Shown: in pieces, positions 13,467-24,036 of the stretch
Layout: every line of letters begins with the position of its first letter
Numbering within the stretch: the first letter of the stretch is position 1
Notes under the pieces: model-generated
Told to the model about the DNA's origin: nothing
Seen by the model: only the letters and a program-made list of their open reading frames with translations
Databases searched by the model: none
Position numbers and translations under genes: made by a program
From: Lama glama
Lineage: Eukaryota
DNA: 64,000 nt
Reading direction: 5' to 3'
Assembly (NCBI GenBank): GCA_028534125.1
Contig: CM052817.1
Span: forward strand, 53,136,001-53,200,000

Positions 13467-14375
13467 GTAAGTGAAAAGTTAGTATGAAAACCTATTGGTG
13501 AATGTGATTGGAATTGGATTCCAATTACTTTATGGAATAATACTTCCATAACTCTTTAAAATGCTACTTGAGGGTTTCTCAATTACAATATAACAGTTTG
13601 ATTAAAATTATAGGACTCTGGTCAGGAAAATTCAGACAGAAAACATCAAATTTATTATTGGAAGAAAACTGTATTCGACATTGTGTTGAGGTCAATAAGG
13701 ATAATTATTGCCATTAAAATAACATTAAAACCAATAAAACTGTGCTATTCTAAGGCATAATTTTCTAATTGATATTAAGCATTTTCCCTAGGTTTGAAGA
13801 TAACTTTTCTAATTAGCATACATATATTTACTTATTTTAGGATACTAAAACTCTGCCACCTTTTTATAACATTTCAAGTTAATAGACCCTAGTCATCACT
13901 GAGATCCATGCATTCCTTTAAAATTTAAACAAATTTGACAGAATTTAGTCTTGCTAATAATGTTGCATAATGTATTATGCCTATTCAAGATAGAAAGCTG
14001 TTAAGAATTAAACATATGTGAATCTGTTTTATGTTTGATATTGATAGGAAATTCATTCTTAAGTGCATTTTTTAGATCTATTAAAAATTAATGGGTATGA
14101 TTATACTTCTGGGTATGATGAGTTGAGCAGATATACACATCCAGATCCAAGTGGAAATAATGAACATGCCCTAAAATGTACAAGAGAGAAGAAAAGTCTG
14201 TGTCACTTTTAGAATTTCTGGATTGATATCATTCAAAGACCAGTACCGTCAGAGGAATTCCTGCTAAAAATGGAGATGAAACAATAAAGGAAGCACTGAA
14301 AACAGTCATTATTTTTCATTCTAAGAAAGTGATTCTGTGTCCAAAATAAGTTTAGATTAATATACAGTCTTTCTT

Positions 14376-14965
14376 TTTTAAAAAAATATATTTTAAGTAT
14401 AGTCAGTTTACAGTGCTGTGTCAGTTTCTGGTGTACAGCACAATACTTCAGTCATATAGGAACATACATATATTGGTTTTCATATTCTTTTTCGCCATAA
14501 GTTACTACAAGATATTGAATATGGTTCCCTGTGCTATACAGTATAAACTTGTTGTTTATCTATTTTATATATATTAGTATCTACAAATCTCAAACTCCCA
14601 ATTTATCCTTTCCCATCCCCTCCCTGCCCCCAGTAACCATAAGTTTGTTTTCTATGTCTGTGAGTCTGTTTCTGTTTTGTAAATAAGTTCATTTTTCTTT
14701 TTTTTTTTTTTTAGATTCCACATATAAGTGATATAATATGGTATTTTTCTTTCTCTTTCTGGCTTACTTCACTTAGAATGACATTTTCCAGGGTTATCCA
14801 TGTTGCTGCGAATAGCATTGTTTTATTATCTTTTATGGCTGAATAGTAATCTGTTGTATAAATATACCACAATTTCTTTATCCAATCATCTGTCAATGGA
14901 TATTTAGGTTGTTTCCATGCCTTGGCTATTGTAAATAGTGCTGCTATGAACATTGGGGAACATGT
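14376..14965 (-). mobile_element. LINE-1 L1-a, 3' portion
   Basis: 3' UTR plus ORF2 C-terminus (ORF 14711-14953 MFIAALFTIAK...LICGI). Left TSD copy tacagtctttctt at 14363-14375. The sequence resumes at ~24037. Confidence 0.92.
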
Positions 14966-15292
14966 CTTTTTCTTTTTTTTTTTTTTCTTGTCTGTATAAT
15001 TTTTTTCCCTTTTTCAGTTTTATTAGGTAGAATTATTATAGTTTGACTACACATGTACATTATATTGGATGTAAATACATACAGTATACTGCACATCTTA
15101 GTTTACATATATGTACTGATCATTGTTTCTAAGAACAGATTAGAGCTTTAGCTTTTTAAACTTACATAGTTATCAAAGGAATATAGGCAACTACAAAATA
15201 AGAATCAACAGAATGCAGTAATCCAATCATAAAGGATAGTCAAATGTGCTTACACATATTCAAGAAATCAGTCATCTAAGTTATAAATAATA
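14966..15292 (-). pseudogene. Polyadenylated non-L1, 3'-UTR-like segment fused to the 3' end of L1-b
   Basis: Poly-T at 14966-14986 and tttatt (minus-strand AATAAA) at ~15019-15024, followed by ~300 bp unlike the other L1 3' UTRs here. Joins L1 sequence directly at ~15293. Confidence 0.75.
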
Positions 15293-18200
15293 AGTAATTC
15301 ATTTGTGTCCTTATTATTGTTTTTTTTTTTTAGATACCTCATATAAATGATGTCATATGGCATTTTTCTTTTTCTTTCCAGCCCACTTCACTTAGAATGA
15401 CAATCTTCAGGTCCATCCATATTGGTGCAAATGGCATTGTTTTATTATCTTTTATGGCTGAGTAGTGTTCATTGTATATATGTACCACATCTTCTTTATC
15501 CAGTCATCTGTGGATGCACATTTGGGTTGTTTCCATGGCTTAGCTATTGTAAATAGTGCTGCTGTGAACACTGGGGTGCATGTGTCTTTTTGAAGTTTTA
15601 TTTTTCTCTGGACATATGCCCAGGAGTGGGATTGCTGGATCACATGGTAAGTATATTTTCAGTTTTTAAAGGAACATCCGTACTGTTCTCCATAGTGGCT
15701 GCACCAATCTACATTCCCACCAACAGTGTAGGAGGGTTCCCTTTTCTCCACACCCTTTCCAGCATCTATCATTTGTAGGCTTTTCAATGATAGCCATTCT
15801 GGCTGGTGTGAGGTGATACCTTATTGTAGTTTTGATCTGCATTTCTCTGACAATTAGTGATGCTGACCATTTTTTCATGTGCCTATTGACCATTTTTATG
15901 TCTTCATTGGAGAATTACTTGTTTAGATCTGACTATTTTTGGATTGGGTTGCTTGTTTCTTTGATATTAATGTGTATGAGCTGTTTGTATATTTTGGAAA
16001 TTAGTCCCTTATCAGTTACATCATTTGCAAATATTTTCTCCCATTCTGTAGGTTGTCTTTTCATTTTGTTGATGGCATCCTTAGCTGCACAAAAGCTTTT
16101 AAGTTTGATTAGATCCCATTTGTTTATTTTTTATTTTATTTCCATTACTCCAGGAGCTGATTCAAAAAAATATATTGTTTAATGTATGTCTGTAAGTGTT
16201 CTACCTATGTTTTCCTGTAGGAGTTTTATAATATGTGGTCTTACATTTATGTCTTTAATCCATTTTGAGTTTATTTTTTGTACATGGTGTTAGGGAATGT
16301 TCTAAATTCAGTCTTTTATAGGCAGCTGTCCAGTTTTTCCAGCACCACTTATTGAAGAGACTGTCTTTTGTCTATTGTATATTCTTGCCTCCTTTGTCAT
16401 AGATTAACTGACCATACGTGCATGTGTGTATTTCTGGACTTTCTATCCTGTTCCATTGATCTGCGTGTCTGTTTCTGTGCCAGTACCATACTGTTTTGAT
16501 TAATGTAGCTTTGTAGTAGTCTGAAGTCAGGGAGCATGATTCCCCCAGCTCCGTTCTACTTTTTCAAGATTGTTTTGGCTATTCAGAGTCTTTTGTGTTT
16601 CCATACAAATTTTAACATTTTTTTGTTCCTGCTGTGTGAAGAATGTCATTGGTAATTTGATAGGGACTGCATTGAATATGTAAAATGCCTGGGCAGTATG
16701 GCCATTTCAACAAAATTGATTCTTCCAACCCAAGAACACTGTGTATCTTTCCATTTGTTTATGTCATCTTCATCTTCAGTTTCCTTCATCAGTGTCTTAA
16801 AGTTTTCAGCATACACGTCTTTTGCCTCCTTGAGTAGGTTTTTCCCTAGGTATTTTATTATTTTTGGTATGATGGTAAATGGTATTGTTTCCTTAATTTC
16901 CCTTTCTGCTATTTCATTGTTAGTGTATAGTAATTCAACTGATTTCTGTATATTAATTTTGTAACCTGCAACTTTACCATATTCATTGATGAGTTCTAGT
17001 AGTTTTCTGGTCACTTCTTTAGGGTTTTCTATGTATAGTATTATGTCATCTGCAAGCAGTGACAGTTTCACTTTTTCTTTTCCAATTTGGATTCCTTTTA
17101 TTTCTATTTCCTCTCTGATTGCTATGGCTAAGACTTCCAAAACTATGTTGAATTAAAGTGGTGAGAGCTGGCATCCTTGTCTTGTTCCTGATCTTAGAGG
17201 AAATGCTTTCAGCTTTTCCCTGTTAAGTATGATGTTAGCTATGGGTTTGTCATATATGGCCTTTATTATGTTGAGGTATGTTCCATCTATGCCCACTTTC
17301 TGGAGAATTTTGATCATAAATGGATGTTGAATTTTATCAAAAGCTTTTTCTGCATCTATTGAGATTATCACGTGGTTTTTCTTCTTCAATTTGTTAATGT
17401 GGTGTATCATGTTGATTTTGTGGATATTCAAAAATCCCTGCATCCCTGGGATAAATCCAACTTGATCATGGCATTGCTAGAGTCAATTTGCTAGTATTTT
17501 GTTGAGGATTTTTGCATCTGTTTTCATAAGTGATACTAGCCTGTAATTTTCTCTTTTTTGTCTGATTTTGGTATCAGAGTGATGATGATGGCCTCACAGA
17601 ATGAGTTTGGAAGCGTTCCTTCCTCCACAACTTTTGCAATAGTTTCAGAAGGTTAGGTATTAACTCTTCTCTAAATATTTTGTAGAATTCACCTGTGAAG
17701 CCATCTGCTCCTGGACTTCTGTTTGTTGGGAAGTTTTTAATTACTAATTCAATTTCAGTACTGGTAATTGGTCTATTCATATTGTCTATTTCTTCCTGGT
17801 TTAGTCTTGGCAAACTGTACCTTTCTAAGAAATTGTTCATTTCTTCTGCATAGTCATTTTTGTTGGCATATAGTTGCTCATAGTACCCTCTTATGATCTC
17901 TTGTATTTCTGTTGTGTCAGTTAACTTCTCCTTTTTCATTTCTGATTTTATTAATTTGGGCCCCCTCCCTTTTTTTTCTTGATGAGTCTGACTAAAGGCT
18001 TATCAATTTTGTTTATCTTTTCAAAGAACCAGCTTTTAGTTTCATTGATCTTTTCTTTTTTTTTTCTTTATTCTCTATTTCATTTATTTCTGCTCTAATC
18101 TTTATGATTTTTTTTTCTTCTGCTAACTTTGGGGTTTGTTCTTTCTTCAGCTCCTTTAGGTTTAAGGTTAGGTGGTTTACTACAGATTTTTCTTGTTTCC

Positions 18201-19453
18201 TAAGGTAGGCTTGTATTGCTATAAACTTCCCTCTGAGAACTGCTTTTGGGGTGTCCCAGAGGTTTTGGATTGTTGTGCTTTTGTTTTCATTTCTCTCAAA
18301 CTATTTTTTGATCTCCTCTTTGATTTCTTCCATGATCCATTGGTTGTTTAGTAGCAAATTTTTAGCCTCCACATGTTTGCCGTTTTTTCTCGTAGCTGAT
18401 TTCTAACCTTACAGCATTGTGGTCGGAAAAGATGCTTGGTATGATTTCAGTTTTCTTGAATTTGCTGAGGCTAGCTTTATGCGCCAGCATGTGGTCGATT
18501 CTGGAGAATGTTCCATGTGCACCTGAGAAGAACGTGTATTCTGTTGTTTTTGGATGGAATGCGCTACAGATATCAATTAGGTCCATCTGTTCCAATGTGT
18601 TATTAAGCACCTGTATTTCCTTATTGATTTTCTGCCTGGATGATATGTCCATTGATGTAAGTGGGGTGTTAAGTTCCCCTACTATTATTGTGTTACTGTC
18701 AATTTCTCCCTTTATGTCTTTTAACAATTGCCTTATACACTGAGGTGCTCCTATGTTGGGTGCATATGTATTTACAATTGTTATATCCTCCTCTTGGCTT
18801 GATCCCTTAAGCATTATGTAGTGCCCTTCTTTGTCTCTTGTAACAGTTTTTGTTTTAAAATCTATTTTGTCTGATGTAAGTATTGCTACTCTAGCTTTCT
18901 TTTGGTTTTCATTTGCTTGGAATATCTTTTTCCATCCCCTTATTTTCAACCTGCCTGTGTCTCTAACTCTGAAGTGGGTCTCTTGTAGACAGTATATACA
19001 TGGGTCTTGTTTTTGTATCCATTTATCCAGTCTGTGTCTTTTGGTAGGAGCATTTAAAACATTTACATTTAAGGCAATTATTGATAGGTATGTTCTTACT
19101 GCCATTTTGTTAATTGTTTTGAGTTTGTTTTTTGTAGTTTTTTTGTTGTTGTTGTTGTTCTCTATTCTTATGTTTTCATGACTAGAGTAGCTCCTTTAAC
19201 ATTTGTTGTAAGGCTGGTTCTGATGTGCTGAATTCTTTTAGCATTTGTTTATCTGTGAAGCTTTTGATTTCTCCAACTCTGAATAAGAGCCTTGCAGGAT
19301 AGAGTATTCTTGGCTGTAAGTTTTTCCCTTTCAGAACTTTAAAAATATTATGCCACTCCCTTCTGGCCTGAAGGGTTTCTGCTGAAAAATCAGCTGATAA
19401 CCTTATGGGTGTTTCCTTGTATGTTATTTGTTGCTTTTGTCTTGCTGATTTTA
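15293..19453 (-). mobile_element. LINE-1 L1-b: ORF2 and ORF1 C-terminal part, frameshifted
   Basis: ORF track shows APE endonuclease (18362-19105), linker (17574-17939), RT (17153-17443; 16646-17140 with LLADDIILY) and the cysteine-rich C-terminus (15666-15893). Confidence 0.95.
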
Positions 19454-19842
19454 TTTTATTTTTATTTTTTTAACATTTTTTATTGATTTATAATCATTTT
19501 ACAATGTTGTGTCAAATTCCAGTGTTCAGCACAATTTTTCAGTCATTCATGGACATATACACACTCATTGTCACATTTTTTCTCTGTGAGTTATCATAAC
19601 ATTTTGTGTATATTTCCCTGTGCTATACAGTGCAATCTTGTTTATCTATTCTACAATATTGAAATCCTAGTCTATCCCTTCCCACCCTCCACCCCCCTGG
19701 TAACTACAAGTCTGTATTCTCTGTCTGTGAGTCTATTTCTGTCCTGTATTTATGCTTTGTTTTTGTTTGTTTTTGTTTTTTAGATTCCACATATGAGCGA
19801 TCTCATATGGTATTTTTCTTTCTCTTTCTGGCTCACTTCACT

Positions 19843-20342
19843 NNNNNNNNNNNNNNNNNNNNNNNNNNNNNNNNNNNNNNNNNNNNNNNNNNNNNNNNNN
19901 NNNNNNNNNNNNNNNNNNNNNNNNNNNNNNNNNNNNNNNNNNNNNNNNNNNNNNNNNNNNNNNNNNNNNNNNNNNNNNNNNNNNNNNNNNNNNNNNNNNN
20001 NNNNNNNNNNNNNNNNNNNNNNNNNNNNNNNNNNNNNNNNNNNNNNNNNNNNNNNNNNNNNNNNNNNNNNNNNNNNNNNNNNNNNNNNNNNNNNNNNNNN
20101 NNNNNNNNNNNNNNNNNNNNNNNNNNNNNNNNNNNNNNNNNNNNNNNNNNNNNNNNNNNNNNNNNNNNNNNNNNNNNNNNNNNNNNNNNNNNNNNNNNNN
20201 NNNNNNNNNNNNNNNNNNNNNNNNNNNNNNNNNNNNNNNNNNNNNNNNNNNNNNNNNNNNNNNNNNNNNNNNNNNNNNNNNNNNNNNNNNNNNNNNNNNN
20301 NNNNNNNNNNNNNNNNNNNNNNNNNNNNNNNNNNNNNNNNNN
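19843..20342. other. Assembly gap (500 N)
   Basis: Run of N between mid-ORF1 and the last codons of ORF2 of L1-c. Confidence 1.
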
Positions 20343-20724
20343 CCCTTATGCTATTTTCATTATTTTTTATTTGCTTATCTTGTAGTTCTTCTGAATGGGT
20401 GCTTTCTATTGCCCTGTCTTCTAGATCACTAATTCGTTCCTCTGCATTATCTAGTCGGCTTTGCACAGCTATTAGATCATTCCTCATCTCTATCAATGAG
20501 TTAACCCATTCTACTTGGCTCTTCTTTATAGCTTCAATTTCATTTTTGACATATTTTATATCTCTAAACACTATCTCTTTTAATTCCTTCAGCAATTTGA
20601 TCACTCCTTTTTTGAAATCTTGATCTAGTAGGCTATTGATGTCTATTTCATTGAGCTTTCTTTCAGGGGATTTCTCTTGTTCTTTTAATTGGGAAAGGTT
20701 TCTCTGCTTCTTCATCTTGCTCAT
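20343..20724 (-). CDS. L1 ORF1p N-terminal coiled-coil region (partial; open up to the gap)
   Basis: ATG at 20724; MSKMKKQRNLSQLKEQEK...SRLDNAEERISDLEDR... has no stop before the N run. The heptad motif is typical of L1 ORF1p. Confidence 0.85.
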
Positions 20725-21219
20725 ACCTCTCTGGCACTGTGGTTTATGGAGTATCAGTTGTCTATTTTGGGCCTTAAGGATTTTATCTATCTAATGCCTG
20801 TTTAGGAATAGAACTTAGGAAAAAAAGAAAAAAAATAAGAAAGAGAAAGAATTTGAAAAGAAGGGAGAAAGAGCGTTTGAAAACAGTGTATAATGAATAA
20901 TAGAAGAGCGAGTTGAAGCAGAGTATTAATCGGGTTGAGACATCCTTTTAAAACCTTTAAAAAAAAAGGGGGGGAGATGAATAGATGTATTTGAAACCTG
21001 TGTCTAATCAATAATAGGACATCAAAACCCAAAAGAAATAGAAATGAATTAAGAAGTAAAAATTAAGAGAGTAATAGAAAATACAACAGGTTAAAACAGA
21101 TTTGAAAAAAAAGGGGGGGGGGTGTTGTCGGTGGTCCCCTGGAGTCTGTGTGCTTTTAATGTGAAGTCTTTCTGTCTTCGTCCTGTTTTGGAAGCTCAGC
21201 TTGCTGTTTTCAGAGCCCC

Positions 21220-22393
21220 TCCGTTGGCGCCCTCTCCTGTGCTGCTCCCAGCACCTGTCGGCAAGCAGATCGTGCCTCCTCCTAACACGGCGTCAGGTGC
21301 AGCTCTCCTCTGCTGCGGGCGGGCGGGTCACTGCCCCTCTGATGCCGCAGTCAGATGTTGCAGACTGGCCAGGTAGGAGGGCGGGTCGTGCCTCCTCTCA
21401 GCACCATGGTCACGGGCTGCGTTCCTGCCTGGTAGGAGGGGGCCCGTTCTCCCTCTCCTAGCGCTGGTTGCTTAGCTGCTCTGTGCGGCTGCGCGCTCCG
21501 CCCTGGTCGGCGCTCCGCATGTCGGCTCGGGGAAGACCGAGGGACAGCCTTGTCCCTGCTCAGGCCAAAGCTCAGCTCCTTGTTTGTCTTTGCAGAGCAA
21601 GTTCTCTGAGGGACCAGGATGGAAGAATCCTATCTGTCCCGGGCTGTAGGCCCATCTCAGTCTGGCCTTTGAGGCTGCTAAGCCCTTCGGTGCGGATACA
21701 GGTTCCGTCCCTGCCTCTGCCTGGGTGCTCAGCACTGGAGAATATGGCGGCTCTGCCTGGGCCCCGCCTCTCTTCCCCTGAAAAGTTTCCGCGGGTTTTC
21801 AGAGATGGGGGTATGCACCCTTCCCCCGAGAGCACATCAACCTTGCTGTTTTATGGAGGGCCCAGGTTGTTCAGCCCTGTACACCCACAGCACGGCGCAC
21901 AGCCTCTTGCAGTCTCCCGGTGCTGCCTCAGTGCATCCGCCCCCGTTCTCTGCCTGGCTTGGGCAGCCTGGCCCTGCCCGCCACTGCCGGCTCGCGTCTC
22001 AGGCTGGGTGTCGGGGGGACGCTCTGTGCCCGTTTTACTTAGTTCTGTCAGTCAAGGGCTGCTCTATACAGATCCGAGCCTCGGAGGCTCCCTCTCCGTC
22101 CTTCTGGCCTCTCAGTTGGAGAGGGGAGACCCAGTGAGCGAGCGCCAGTCCTCCTTTGCCGCTCTGTCCCCATGGGACCCGTCCCACGCTGCTATGCCTT
22201 TTGTTGTTTCTTTTTTTCCTTTTCTCCTACCAGGTTTTTGGCGTCTTTATCTTTTGAAGAGGGCAATGTTCTGTCGGAGTTCCACAGGTGCTCTGGTTGG
22301 CTGAGTGGGTCTGTGGATGTGGGTCTTGGTGTATTTGTGGGAGAGGGTGAGCTGCGAGCGCCCTTCTACTCTGCCATCTTCTCCTGTCCCTCA
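21220..22393 (-). promoter_or_regulatory. CpG-rich L1 5' UTR / internal promoter with terminal YY1-type motif
   Basis: The only CpG-dense stretch in the window. gccatctt (minus-strand AAGATGGC) at 22373-22380 lies ~13 nt from the element's 5' end, as in mammalian L1 promoters. Confidence 0.8.
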
Positions 22394-24036
22394 TCTTGCT
22401 GATTTTAATATTCTCGCCTTAACCTTAATTTTACTGAATCTGATTAGTATGTGCCTTGGTGTATTCCTCTTTGGGTTGATACTGTGTGGGACTCTCTGAG
22501 CTTCCTGGACGTGGGTGTTTTCGAAGTTAGGGAAGTTTTCAGTTAGTATTTCTTCAAATATTTTCTCAGGTCCGTCCTTTCTTCACTTTCTGGGACTGCT
22601 ATAATGCGAGTATTAGAGCATTTCATATTGTCTTAAATTATCCTCATTTCTTTTCATTCCTTTTTCTTTTTTCTGTTCTGCAGTAGTGATTTCCACTAAT
22701 GTGTCTCTGGCTCACTAATCCATTCATCTGCCTCATTTAGTCTATTCTTGGTTCCTTCTAGTGTGTTGTTAATTTCAATCATTTTACTCTTCAACTCTGA
22801 GTATTCTTTATAGTTTCCAGCTCTTTGTTAAAAACTTGACTCTGCATCTATACTCCTCTTGAGCTCTCTGAACATCTTCATTATCATCATTCTAAACTCT
22901 TTCTCAGATAAACTGCCTATCTTCTCAGCAATTATTTCTTCTTCTGGGATATTATCTTGTGCTTTGTCCCAGAGGATATTCCTCTGCCACCTCACCTTGT
23001 CTGTCTTTCTCTTTGTATTTTTAGATAGGTTAGTTATGATTCTTGACCTTGGCGAGGTGGCCCTTTGTGGGAGATGTCCCATGTGTCCCAGTGTAGAGTC
23101 TAGCCTGTGTTTGAGGATTCCTTCCACAGGCTTAGGGACTGTCTTCTTATTTCTGCTATCTGCCCCCTGGTGGATGAGGCTTGGATAGAGGCTTATGTAG
23201 GTTTTCTGGTAGGAGGGGTCAGTGTCTGCCCACAGCTGGGTGAAACTTGGCCTGGACCTCTGGTGGGTAGGGCCCTGTCTACAGGCATTTGTTGCTCAGA
23301 AAGTCTGATGATGAGTGAGGTTGTGTTCCCACCCAGTAGGTTGTTTAGCCTGAGGCTTCCCAGCCCTTAAGCCTACCAGCTGTTGGATGGTGCTGGGTCT
23401 TGTTGCTACTGATCCAATCAAGATGTTGGCATCCAAGAAAGCTCATGTAGATGAACACCCCTGGAATGTCCTCTACCAGCTTTTATGTCCCCTGGGTGAA
23501 CTGAAGCTGCAGTCCCTTATTTCCCCAGGAGAACTTCCAAAACCAGCAGGCACGTCTAGCCCAGGTTCCTATGAAATTATTGTCTCTGCCTCTGGACCCT
23601 GTGCATGTGAGATCCCATGCACATTTCCCAAGAGAATTAAGTCTCTGTCTCCCCTGTGGGGCTCTTGAAGTTAAGCCCCACTGGCCTTCAAAACCAGATG
23701 TCCTGGGGTCTCCTTCACCCACTGCCAGAACCATGGGCTGGGGAGCTTGACATAGGGTCAAGAACTGTCATCCTGTGGGAGTGCCTCTATGATTTAATTA
23801 TTCTTCAGCTTATGGTTTGCCTACCTAGGGGGTATCAGGTCCTAGTATATCGTGAGTGCACACCTCCTACCTTCCTGCTGTGGTTCCCTCTCTCTGTTTC
23901 CAGTTGAAGCAGATCTTTTTTGCTAGGCTCCACTTTTTCTCTTGATGGCTGTTCAGCAGTTGGTTGTAGTTTTGTTGTAGTTGCGAGGAGCGGCGAGTTT
24001 GTGGTCCTATTACTCTGCCATCTTGACTGGAATCTC
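22394..24036 (-). mobile_element. LINE-1 L1-b: ORF1 N-terminal part and 5' UTR
   Basis: ORF1 resumes after the L1-c TSD; ORF 22828-23127 contains GSLSEKEFRMMIMKMFREL; YY1-type motif at 24017-24024. Confidence 0.88.

Larger units (their letters stand above)
19454..22393 (-). mobile_element. Young LINE-1 L1-c with both termini intact; core hidden by the assembly gap
   Basis: Exact 14-bp TSD tcttgctgatttta (19440-19453 and 22394-22407), poly-A tail, ORF2 end (SEVSQKEKEKYHMRSLICGI), open ORF1 start and CpG-rich 5' UTR. Confidence 0.95.

Noticed and set aside
19780..20724. 314-, 276- and 192-aa ORFs across the N run
   Set aside because: Artefacts of translating through the gap; the 314-aa ORF fuses the ORF1 start to the ORF2 end.
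21220..22390. CpG-island promoter of a host gene
   Set aside because: It lies wholly inside the TSD-bounded L1-c.
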